64,000 bases of DNA from Octopus vulgaris (Eukaryota): contig OX597817.1 in assembly GCA_951406725.2 (NCBI GenBank), positions 44,888,001 to 44,952,000 on the forward strand, written 5' to 3'. This document shows, in pieces, positions 14,910 through 27,239 of the stretch. Every line of letters begins with the position of its first letter. The stretch's first letter is position 1. A program made the position numbers and the translations under genes. Under the pieces are notes generated by a model. The model made no database searches. It saw nothing but the letters and a program-made list of their open reading frames with translations, and was not told where the DNA came from.

Positions 14910-15994
14910 TTCTTTTCTGCCACCCGCACTTCTTTCATGAAACAATATCTCCAAACCTGCTTAACCAAGTTACTCCAATAAACGTAGCGCTATTGGAATT
15001 CTGTCCATGATATTGTTCTTCTAAATGCAATTGTTTTGCCAGTGGAATGTTAAACATTGCAGTATATTCTTCTTCCAGATTAAACTATTTTACAAAGATT
15101 TTAGCATAACTTGTTGGGATATGCTCCACATAGTTGGCATAACTTTCAAGCAGAAATCATGAAAAGAAAAAATGATTATCTTCGGATCCCAAATGTTGCA
15201 GAAGTCACACGCAACCCAGAACAGAGGTAAAGGTGTGCGTGTGTGTATGTGTGTGTGTGTGTATGTGTGTGCGTATGTGTGTGTGTGCGTGTACCCGCAC
15301 AGAAACACGTACACAGACATACACAAGAATGCAGAGACACACTTTGATACAAATGCATAACTGGAGACGGATGTCAACTGATTGTAAAGGTTTCTCTATA
15401 AGGTAATTGAACCCCTCTTATACCTTCGTAAATGCTTGTATATTTGTTCTTGTATTCTTATGTTCTTATCTTTGTCAGGAAATCAAGAGGCCACCAATTC
15501 ACTTTGAAAAAGCTTCATTATCATTTAACATGTTCAAAACTTTGGCTGCATCTGGGAGATACTCATCATCGCTAAGATCTTTGGACACCTTGTCTTTCTA
15601 AACTATTATAGTTTTTCAAAAAATGATCAAATTACATAACTGTTTTAAAACGTAAACGTGATATGGTTTCAGATGTTATCTTCATGTGTGGCGATATATT
15701 TTGCTAAATCATTACGATTAAATCTATTCAATCAGGATTTTTTCAGCTGGTGTAATCATTTGCAAAGATTATTTAAATGGAGTTGCACTTGGTTTGTACT
15801 CACGTATACTACAGCTAATAATTTGCCACAGCTAATGTTAAGTAATCTCAAAGATTTAATCACATGTTTTAATGTCATACAAGCAACGTGACATCTATGG
15901 AAAGATTTAGTATATGAGGAAATAACATAAAAATATCTGGTCAGCGAAGCCTACGTATCTGTCTGGTTCTTTGTCTCTGTCTGCATGTCTGCCC

Positions 15995-15995
15995 G

Positions 15996-16080
<85 letters not shown>

Positions 16081-16081
16081 A

Positions 16082-16134
<53 letters not shown>

Positions 16135-16135
16135 G
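15995..16135. repeat. (TCTA)n microsatellite
   Basis: Direct reading. Confidence 0.98.
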
Positions 16136-16733
16136 TCTGTGTATGGACGGCTCAGTTACACACATAGTAACTATATCTCTCCCCAACTCTCTTTTCCTCT
16201 CATTCACCGGTATATTTAGGCCTAGGCATACGTGTGTGACGGAGAAATTGTCTTCGGAGCCAGGTGGATTGAGATCCATCCTTATCTTGCCCTATCATAG
16301 GCAAGTGTCTTCTACTAAAGCCTTGGGCCAACCAAAGTCTATGAAATGAATCTGGAGAACAGAAACTACCGGGCACATAATGTCTGTATTAATATGTATG
16401 TATGCGCATGTGTGTATGGTGTATGCGAATTGTGTGCGTGTTCGATGTTTGGCGTGTCACTCCCTGATTGTTAATCAGTGGAGGTTTGCTTTACATTCTT
16501 ATGACTTCACGATTAGGTAAAATTATATTGAGAGTATAAATACGAAACAAGAGTATGTGAACTTCAAAGAGTAAAAAGTATATAAGGATGTTTGATATTT
16601 ACCTCCTAGTAAAAAGAGAGCTAGCTTAAGAATATAAATAAATTGTTCAATTTTTTTGGTTAAAATCTTCATTGTCTTGTGCTAGTATGGTCGCACTCAA
16701 ATGATTGAAATAAAAATAGAGACAAAAAGCATA

Positions 16734-17248
16734 CAGTCGTGGCCAAAAGTTTCGAACAGTTTTTTGAAAAAAATTAAAATTTCTCTGCTAAGTACAATTC
16801 GATACAAATATAACTAACGTACCAGATAACTGATCTAATGCTATAGGTAATATAAGTAATAGGTAATATCTAAAATATAATTTTGTGGAGGCACATGGTG
16901 TAGTGGCTAGAGCAGCGGATTCGCGGTCGAGGGATAGCGGGTTCGAATCTCAGACCGGGCGATGTGTGTGTTTATGAGCGAAACACCTAAGCTCCACGCG
17001 GTTCCGGCAGAAGATAATAGCGAACTTTTGCTGACTCTTTCGCCACAACTTTCACTCTTTCCTCCTGCCTCTTGCAGCTCACCTGCGACGGATCGGCGTC
17101 CCGTCCAGTTGGGGAATCTATACGCCAAGGAAACCAGCAAACCGGCCCTGTGAGACATGCGTGGCTAGAAAAGGAACAGCAATAAAATACAATATAAGTT
17201 TGTACATCATGTATACGAACATATGTTCCAAACTTTTGGTCACGACTG
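16734..17248. mobile_element. Tc1/mariner-type MITE with TA TSD, interrupted by a SINE
   Basis: TA|CAGTCGTGGCCAAAAGTTTCGAACA ... TGTTCCAAACTTTTGGTCACGACTG|TA; Tc1-like CAGT termini. Confidence 0.88.
16887..17182 (+). mobile_element. SINE with family-A-like tRNA head but a different 3' body
   Basis: A box TGGTGTAGTGG, B box GGTTCGAATC; 3' body CCTGCGACGGATCGGCGTCCCGTCCAG; imperfect TSD AATATAA(T/G)TTTGT. Confidence 0.85.
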
Positions 17249-17313
17249 TATACGTAGCTGATAAAGTCAGCCGGAGCCGAAAGGCTGCCATGGAGTACAC
17301 GATACGGAAGCGC

Positions 17314-17388
<75 letters not shown>

Positions 17389-17680
17389 TTATACTTTGTT
17401 CTTACTTTATGGGAAAAAAATGAAAGGTAAAATGTCTCTTTTTAGGATATGCCCTTTACTAATATGTGATTATGAGATCGAAATAGTTTTGCTATGTGTT
17501 TTGATATTTCATCTGAGACATTTACAGGTAAATGCAACGAAGGATGCGGGGGAGTAAGAGAGAGAAAAATACAGAGATGGCGTGGGAGAAAGTGATATAG
17601 GTAGAGCGTGAAAGAGAGAGAGAGAGGGCTATATATAAATAGACAGACATATAGATATATAGACAGACAGACACACAGAC

Positions 17681-17712
<32 letters not shown>

Positions 17713-18454
17713 GCATAGATAGATAGATTGATTGATAGATAGATAGAGAGAGAGACAGGCAGATGTACAGAGAGAGAGAGAGAGCGAGAAAAAGAGAGAT
17801 ATAGATAGTTAAAGAGAAAGAGTGAGAAAAAGATATATACATATATATATATGATATGTAAATATATGCATATATACATACATATATGTACATACCTACA
17901 TATATATCTATATATACATGCATATATGGGTACAGGACATAAAAAACGTTGAACACAATGAGAAATGAAAACATAAACACAAAATCACAGAAAAAGAACT
18001 TTTTTAGAAGAACGAAAAAAAAAACAGAAACGAGACATGCAACATAAAGAATATTCCCCTTCTTCAGTTGTCCCTGTTTCAAATACTCCTTGTTCCGAAG
18101 GTAAGGACAATACGCGACTTCGTTGAAACAGTCCTTCCCTCAAAGCATTTAAAATAATATTTAAGTTTCATTTTCCGGAGGGTGAAAGTGGTAACAAGAT
18201 CCGGACAGTGAGAACAAGACATTAAAAACAAACGGTGAGGGCTCATAATAATTTTTCTATCGATAGATGGCTCAACAGCCCTGACCATTTGTTCTCGAAA
18301 GGAATGAAAAATAAGATAAATAAATGGTAAATGTTTATATTTTTCATTCTCTTCGAGAATTTATCCCTAATTAATGGTTTGGACTTTAGCTGTTCTTTCT
18401 AGCCTAAAGGATTCCTATGATGGAAACCTCTTAATGTGTTTAAATGTACACTGT

Positions 18455-18511
<57 letters not shown>

Positions 18512-18526
18512 ATAGAGAGAGAGAGA

Positions 18527-18560
<34 letters not shown>

Positions 18561-18577
18561 AATAAAGAGAGAGAAAA

Positions 18578-18615
<38 letters not shown>

Positions 18616-19495
18616 CGAGAGAGATAGCTATAGATAATTAGAGAAACAGAGGAAAAGAAAAAGATATATAGATAGTTAGAAAGAGAGAGAGAGAGAACGA
18701 GGGAGACAATGAGAGAGAGAAATAAACATTTCGAGCTCTAAAGATTATGTTTTGCTGATGAAAAGAGGGATATTACATCAACATGTGAGTAAAAGTAAAT
18801 CTTCAAGTGATGGAAGGAATGATGAAAGGTTACCTTGATTTAAATAATACCAGACTAAGTTGAAACGATTCTTAACAAAGAGAGCTGAGATTTCAAAATT
18901 AGCTTCGAAAAAAGAAAATTTCAAAGTGCAAATGAAGAGAATGAATATTTTGCATTCTTGGCGTAAAATATTTCTGTAGAAAATTGTAAAAAATACTTAT
19001 ACGTCTAGTGTAAAGGGATTCTTTGCAAAATCAAAGAGAATAGAGAAAATAATATAACCTTAAATATATAACCACATGCGTGTGTACATAGCTATACAAA
19101 CATATAGATACATACATACATACATACATACATACATACATGCATACACATGCACACATACAATGTGTGAGTGTGCATGTATGTGTGTATGTACGTGTAT
19201 GCCCGCCGTGAGTTGAGGGGCTCCTGGCGAGAAAACATGCAATATATCAGGTGAAGGCAAAAGAGTGAAGGAGGAAAAGATTGCCAGTACACTGCGAGTC
19301 AACAGCAGATGGCTGTCGCAGTTATATGGGCGATGGCTCTGCATAGCGCGGATTAGGCCGCGAATCATTGGTGCAATGACTTTAATACTATACTTTGCAT
19401 CATAAACGAAAGAGACAAAACCATCAGGTGAATTTCTATAAAGAAGGTAATCGCGTAGTTTGTCGCTTTTGGAGGCAAATATATACGTACATTGT

Positions 19496-19876
19496 GGAGG
19501 CGCAATGGCCCAGTGGTTAGGGCAGCGGACTCGCGGTCGTAGGATCGCGGTTTCGATTCCCAGACCGGGCATTGTGAGTGTTTATTGAGCGAAAACACCT
19601 AAAGCTTCACAAGGCTCCTGCAGGGGGGGGGGTGAACCCTGCTGTACTCTTTCACCACAACTTTCTCTCACTCTTTCTTCCTGTTTCTGTTGTACCTGTA
19701 TTTCAAAGGGCCAGCCTTGTCCCATTCTGTGTGTCACGCTGAATCTCCTCAAGAACTACGTTAAGGGTACACGTGTCTGTGGAATGCTCAGCCACTTGCA
19801 CGTTAATTCCACGAGCAGGCTGTTCCGTTGATCGTATCAGCTGGGACCCTCATCGTCGTAACCGACGGAGTGCTCG
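19496..19876 (+). mobile_element. SINE family A, full length with TSD
   Basis: tRNA-like head with A and B boxes; ATATACGTACA duplicated on both sides. Confidence 0.92.
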
Positions 19877-20318
19877 TACTAATATACGTACAAAATATGT
19901 CTGAGTCAACTGGAAGACGAGGCCAATGATTTAACGTTCTAAAGCCCGTTAAAATCTCAGGATTTTGAGCGTTACATAATATGTATGCAATGTGGAAGCA
20001 TCTATTTGCATTTAAAATATATAAATTTTAATTTGAGTGACGAATAAACCTGGGATAGATTTCAGGTTAAGTAATTGTTCTGTTCCCAACAATTCTCAAG
20101 AGAAAAAATAGCATGACGCTAGTACTTCTTCTCGATCTAAATAAGCATTGGCTCGTTCTAAACGAGGCTTCTCCCCATCGGATCTCATTGATGCTATCAT
20201 CTAGTATATCTGAAAAATAATTAATTGAAACAACGTCGGATTGTCTCAGATATTAGGAGACGACACAGCTCTTCTTAGATGAAATCTACTTAGCGTATGC
20301 TTGAAAATACTGCTGCTA

Positions 20319-20384
<66 letters not shown>

Positions 20385-20435
20385 GTATGTATATATATAT
20401 AAATGTAAATATATATATGTTTATACACACACACG

Positions 20436-20492
<57 letters not shown>

Positions 20493-20925
20493 GTGTGTGA
20501 GTATGTACATACATATATAAACATGTATATATATGTATATATATATATATATGCGTATATATATATATTTCAAATATTACAAACAGATGTATACAGTTAC
20601 ATACATATGTATGTGCATACGCTCATACACATGTATATAATATCTTCGTTTGGAAGAGAGCATGCTATACGATTGATCATTTCCCATGAACACCTCCACT
20701 GCACTTAATCTAATGAATTACATTTAAGCATTTGAATGCTATAACAGTGTTGCGATTCTTGATTCACAGTTTTAACACATATGGTCCTCTGCTTACCTAC
20801 TTACATTTCACAAGAAAATCCACCCACACACTACTAAAATTTATGTACTCTGCATTTATTGTTGTAACTCTGTATTTCCTTTTCGGTTTCTCTTATTAGT
20901 ATTATGTATTATGTATGTATTATGC

Positions 20926-20987
<62 letters not shown>

Positions 20988-21061
20988 ATATCTGTATGTC
21001 TGTATGTCTGTCTGTCTATGTGTTTTTTCTATACACCATTGTAAGATATATATATATATAT

Positions 21062-21460
21062 ATGTTCAGAAGAATATGGTACTTAAGTTGAGGCACCAAA
21101 ATTTAGTACGGTATTATCCATACAATTCCAAAATAGGGTGATTAAAATCAAAATAAGCAACAAGGAAATCCAGAGGGAATGCAGTACGATCGTTTGAAGC
21201 AACTCCATTTAATTGAACAATTCAATCATTATATCAATTTAAAATGTAGGGCAATCTTCAGTCTGCTTAACCTCTCGGAGATTTTAGGTATAGTTATACT
21301 AATGGTTCCATCTGTTCTAATTTAACCAAATTATATGTCTTTGTGCAGCTGAAGATTGCTCTACATTTTAAATTGATGTAATGATTGCATTGTTTAATAA
21401 AATGAACTCCATGAAACGATCGCACTGCATATCCTCTGGCTATCCATGTTGCTTATTTTG

Positions 21461-21462
<2 letters not shown>
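21062..21462. mobile_element. Foldback mini-element with ~120-bp inverted arms (21146-21265 / 21345-21462), each carrying a decayed HHR
   Basis: Plus arm GCAG-CTGAAGA...GAAA-CGATCG-CA-CTGC; minus arm GCAG-a-CTGAAGA...CAAA-CGATCG-TA-CTGC; the consensus gives a complete HHR. Confidence 0.75.
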
Positions 21463-21541
<79 letters not shown>

Positions 21542-21779
21542 CAGAGAGAGAGAGAGATTGATAGATGGATATATATATAAATATATAGATTGATTTCGTA
21601 AACAATACTTCATAGTCGCAATATTCGTAGAAAATGTGAAATAATACTATTCAAAAGATCATAGAAAAACAGAATGACGCGAACCTTTTCGGTGGACGTT
21701 TTTGTATGGTGTGTGTAAACAATTTCGCTGTTAAGTTTACTGAAGATATACGTTTTATGAAGGTAATGTGAAAGGAGAG

Positions 21780-23050
21780 GTTGTTTAGCTGCTTTCAGTA
21801 GCGACCTTGACTATTTTCGGTTTGTCTTATATTTAGAATTCTTATAAAGTATTATTGTTTTGCCTTTCGTAGTTGATCACTTTTTTCTGCTCTTTTGAAA
21901 CAAAGAAAAAAATAATCACTTGATATTCACAACATGGAATATTTCTATGAGATGAATATTTATTTCACTATTTATAGACTCTCACGCAATGTATTATTTT
22001 ATATCCTGTTTGGCCAATGTAATTCCTATTTTACTGAGGGCATGTGACGGGGTAAATGAAACTTTTGTTTTGCACTTCATGTTTGCATTAACATTCAATA
22101 CGTTCCAATTCTTGAACTTTTGCTTGTTCCTTCTTTAGTTATTACTTTACACGTCCCACAACGAAGCTGCATGCAGTTTGCTGCAAAGATTATTTCTTCT
22201 ACTAATGTGAATTTCACCTTTGTTAAGATTTTCTGAGATAAAGTGATTGCCTTCGGCTGTTAATAATTTTTGATTCTTTAATCTTTTCTTGACGATTGAC
22301 GTGAAATTGGAAGTTATTCTTTCTGCCAAATGTAAGATGTTGAGGCTTCTAGTCTTACACGTGAATTCAAATGTAATGTTCATTTTTTTTTGTTTTCTAC
22401 ATATTGTGAAGGTTTCTATATCAGAGAATGATGAGGAATTATTTTGCTTTGATCATAGAATGATTTAATATCGTTTGTGGATATTTTTATATTTGGATAA
22501 GCATAAATAATTTTACCAGTCTTTTCTCTCGTCTAAATATATCTATTGAGGAAACGCATTTTGCCATATTGAATGGGATGTACTTTTTAGTGTAGAATGA
22601 GGGGTAAGGTCTAAAATCTATATATTGGTGTGTATCAGTATCCTTGCAATAGAAATCATTTATAACCCTCTCAATTTCTTAATGTCTAAAACAGGAAATT
22701 CCATTTCATCTGTTTCTATAGTGAACCTTGTCGATTCATAAATTTAAGTAATCTTGTAAGGTCTTTCTTACTTTCTTTCCAATACTCAAAGGTGTCTTCC
22801 TAAAGTCTTTACCAGTTCCCTATTAAATAGGACTGGAAACGCTGATCAAAAGTAATTCTGAAAACAGTACAGTGAGTGTCACAAACGTAAGCGCAATTTT
22901 TGTTCCCATTGCTGTGACTTGAATTTGAATCTAATATTGGTTTTCATAGAAGTAGTTGTTTTCCAGTGCCTCCAAAATTTCCGATGAGAATAAGCACAAA
23001 GAAATGTTCAGACAAATTGAAATTAATTGTCTATTCCTTCAATAACAGAT
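21780..23050 (-). pseudogene. Heavily decayed Penelope-like RT + GIY-YIG
   Basis: Minus-strand fragments LENNYFY...TAMGTKIA (~22890-22965), RFTIETDEMEFPVLDI (~22680-22730), KYIPFNMAK, FIYPVTCPQ*NRNYIGQTG (~22005-22060); boundaries approximate. Confidence 0.7.
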
Positions 23051-23559
23051 TAAGTAGAATTGTGGCGTTTGCGTTTCAGCACCACTCCAGGAAGGTAGTT
23101 AAAAGAAAAATGTGAAATAAAGGAAATAAAAGGTAAACAATAGAAATTATTTAATAAATGTTTCGCTGCAGTATGCTTGCTTGAGCATGAATGCACGTAT
23201 TTCTGCGCACAGTGAGCGGAAGCTTGCCATAATATATCGGACAGAGTACACAAATTATCATATTGCTTTGATTATGGAACTTATTATCTGGCTATCATTC
23301 CTTTCTCATGTTTGTCTCGCCATATTTGGTGCATCAATTTTTATATAAATGTGCATTTTTACTAATTGGAGAGTTGAATTCTCTCAATCCCGAAGCATTT
23401 ATTTCTGAAAACTATGGGTGAAAATAGGTGAAGTTATTTGGAATAGCGACATACCTAGGCGTTCCTCGATGGTGAGTATATTCAATTTTCCCGTGTTTCA
23501 TATATTTTTTTCTGTCTGAGATGGAACAGGAGTCCTGGGTTAATTGAAGACATACATAT

Positions 23560-23611
<52 letters not shown>

Positions 23612-23615
<4 letters not shown>

Positions 23616-25472
23616 CCCAACACGATGCTAAAGAGATGGCAGAAATACTGCAGAAACAATACGGCTCTGTCTTTAGTGTTCCCACTGATATTGACGTAAG
23701 GGAAACGAACGAAGTTGACTCCCAACACAAAATCTCAGACATAACCTTCACTGCTACCGACATCGTAGCAGCAATAAATGAGGTCAAACATTACTCTGCT
23801 GTAGGCCCTGATAGATTTCCCGCTAGTCTCCTGAAGGAATGTAGATACCAACTTGCAGTCCCTCTGACCAACCTCTGGAGAAATTCGTTAGACGCAGGTT
23901 ATATACCAAAACAGTTTCTATCCCAGTCGGTCATCCTGGTTTTCAAACAGGGAAACAGATCCCTCGCAGTCAACTATCGCCCAATCTCACTCACCTCCCA
24001 CATCATTTAAGTGTTTGAAAGAGTGTTAAGATCAAGGATAGCTGACTTCCTGGAGACCGACAAACTCCTAAATGCAAATCAGCATGGCTTTCGCTGTGGC
24101 AGGGACTGTCTAACACAGCTCTTACACCACATTGAAGATGTACTCAAAGCCTTGGGAACAGGTTCGAACTCTGACGTCATATATCTTGACTTCAGTAAAG
24201 CGTTCGACAGGGTAGACCATAACATCCTACTCTCAAAATTGGCAAACGTTGGAATCCGTGGAAAAGTTCTACACTGGATTAAGTATTTCCTGGCGAATAG
24301 AACACAACATGTTGTAGTTGATGGAGTCCACTCAAACCCAGCAAAAGTCATCAGCGGTGTTCCCCAGGCAACTGTTTTGGGTCCGCTACTCTTCATAATT
24401 TACGTAAACGACCTTTCCAGTGTCGTACATTACTGCAAAGTGAAAATATTTGCTGATGACACTAAGCTCCAGCAAATCGTCAATGAAGAAGCAGACCGAA
24501 CTCAACTCCAGTCTGATCTTTATGCTGTGAGTCAATGGGCAGACAGAAACAAAATGCAACTGAATGAGGGAAAATTTGAGCTGATGCATTTTGGAAGAAA
24601 TTCCTCACTAAAACAACCATACTCTCTTCCTTCAGGGGAACCGCTCACAGCCTCTAACAATATCAGAGACCTGGGTGTAATTGTTGATGACGATCTCAGT
24701 TGGAGTGCACACATCAACAAGAAGGTCGATATAGCTCGTAGGATGAGTTCCCGGATCTTAAGAACTTTCCGGTCCAGAGAATAAGGTGTCATCATACCAC
24801 TTTTTTCCTCCTTTGTACGGCCACACCTTGAATACTGCTGCCCACTGTGGTCTCCTCACACAAGACAAAACATCTCCAGAATTGAGTCACCCCAGAGGGC
24901 ACTCACTAAACGAATTGAAGGCATGGCTGCTCTCGATTATTGGGATCGCCTTAAAGCCTTGAAACTTTACTCCCTCCAGCGTCGCCCTGAGCGGTACATC
25001 ATTTGTACGATGTGGAAAATATACCGCCAACTTTGCCCAAACGACCTAAACATTAGCTTCATCCAAGACTTGGACCACGGGCTATACGTCCCCTGTCCAA
25101 TTCAAGATCACAACATACATGTACACTGCAACATAATTTCTTTTCCTCAACATGCCCTGCCCTATTTAACATTGTCCCGAAGGAGATCAACGAGGAAAAG
25201 GATCCCATCAACTTTAAACAGAGTCTGGATAGATTCCTTCAAAGAATACCAGATAAGCCACCCATAATTGGATACAACTCACCCAACAAGAACTCACTAC
25301 TTGAACAAAACTGGATACAACTCACCCAACAAGAACTCACTATTTGAACAAAACTTGACTTAAACAAAACTTGACTTAAACAGGATTCGAATAATCCCAT
25401 CAGGTGGTGCTATTAAGTTAGACATGGCCTGGACCAATCTTTGGTCGAAACATATCTAAGTTTATCTAAGTT
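23612..25472 (+). mobile_element. CR1-group LINE, 5'-truncated and pseudogenised, related to 1-1448, inserted in (TA)n
   Basis: ORF2 pieces 23636-24010, 24011-24784, 24923-25060 with in-frame TAA stops and a frameshift; motifs GPDRF, NYRPISLTS, YLDFSKAFD, FADD; same 3' UTR motif as copy 1. Confidence 0.93.
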
Positions 25473-25561
<89 letters not shown>

Positions 25562-25983
25562 ATATGCATATGTATGAATAAATTCCGCACATTTATTGTC
25601 TGGAAACTCATTAATGTACTAATGTACGCTAATATTCGATATTTCATTTAATTACTTACGTAAGTGGAATATTTCCCTAATTCAGATTTTGTTGACCAAC
25701 ATGACAAGCCTTCCTTCGGAAAGATCACTAATCCGGAATGCTTTTGCATCCAGAGTTTCGGGAAAATAGATATTCTACATGTATATATATAAATATATAT
25801 ATTTATATATATATATAAATTCAGATAGGGGTTGTGAGTGCAACCCACCATGGGAAAACATATATCCAATATACTGCCAGTAAAACATCCAACAAAGTTA
25901 ATACAAAATGTTAAGAATTGCGATGCAATTATTTTTTTTATTGTATTATATGGGCGAAGGTAAAATGTTTTACCACAAATTTA

Positions 25984-26293
25984 TAATACAAAATAAGAAA
26001 ATGGAGAAATACACCTTAATCAATAATCAACTACCAGATAATACCCAATCACATAATTTATTAACCAACTACATATGAACATCAAGGTCAAACATAATAG
26101 TACAGAACAAAATAATGCACATCAATGAGTAATATGATAAATAAGTACAATATGTATAAATAAATATAAATTTAACTGTTGTTATTATTATGTTGCTTTT
26201 TCACTATATTATGCTGCTGTATTCTATCTGATTTTTTCCACCTAATATGTACTGTGAACCGCGTGATGCACATATTGTTTTACCGGTATTATT

Positions 26294-26333
<40 letters not shown>

Positions 26334-27005
26334 ATAATAATAATAATGGTAATAATAATGATAATGATAGTAATATTAATGGCATTTTGTAACTTAGTAT
26401 AATGAACACTTGACTTTGTATATGTACATCTGCATATTGATATGTGTATGTTTGTATATTGTAATATTCTAATATATTGATTTGACTAATTGTAACCTTG
26501 AATATATGTATGTATATTATTATATACTATTATGTATATGTGGATATATATATATAGGAGCATGGGTATATACACTTATATGTATGTGTATATTATATAT
26601 TATGTGTATGTACCCATTCTTGTATGGGTGTACCTTCTCTGATATTCATATTTAGATTGTACTTTATAATCTCTGAAGAGGCCTTGGGATATTTTTGTGT
26701 CTCATTTATAACCACATATTAACTTATCACACCTTGCTAATATCAGCATAATGAGATACTCATATCTACATGGCTGAAACAGCTGTAAGATGTAGTTTAT
26801 ATTTATATTTATATTTATTTATATTTATTTATACATATTGTACTTATTGTATCATATTACTCATTGATGTGCATTGTTTTGTTCCGTACTATTATGTTTG
26901 ACCTTGATGTTCATATGTAGTCGGTTAATAAATTATGTGATTGGGTATTATCTGGTAGTTGATTATTGATTAAGGTGTATTTCTCCATTTTCTTATTTTG
27001 TATTA

Positions 27006-27006
<1 letters not shown>
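25984..27006. mobile_element. Foldback PLE-derived element, ~190-bp inverted arms (25984-26171 / 26815-27006)
   Basis: ATAATACAAAATAAGAAAATGGAGAAATACACC... versus ...GGTGTATTTCTCCATTTTCTTATTTTGTATTAT; ends in (TA)n. Confidence 0.85.
26669..26791 (+). ncRNA. Type-I hammerhead ribozyme with a ~90-nt stem II insertion
   Basis: AUCU-CUGAAGA-GGCC...GGCU-GAAA-CAGCUG-U-A-AGAU; canonical core, palindromic stem III, GUA cleavage triplet. Confidence 0.85.
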
Positions 27007-27058
<52 letters not shown>

Positions 27059-27171
27059 AAATAATATGTGACAATTATTCAATAGCCCAATATTTCATCT
27101 ATTTACATAATATTGAGGTCTCTTTCTTCCTTTTATTATCTTACCGTTTTTACCAATATATATATATATAA

Positions 27172-27239
<68 letters not shown>

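Noticed and set aside
17925-18300. HHR in a PLE-like remnant (minus-strand GGACAA-CTGAAGA-AGGGG)
   Set aside because: No matching stem II strand plus GAAA could be found; possibly a remnant, but the fold is not supportable.
19200-19400. GC-richer unique island as a regulatory element or exon
   Set aside because: Composition is the only evidence; there is no motif or ORF support.
19496-19570. tRNA gene
   Set aside because: The A/B boxes continue into a repeated SINE body with a TSD, so this is a SINE head; the same applies to the other SINE heads.
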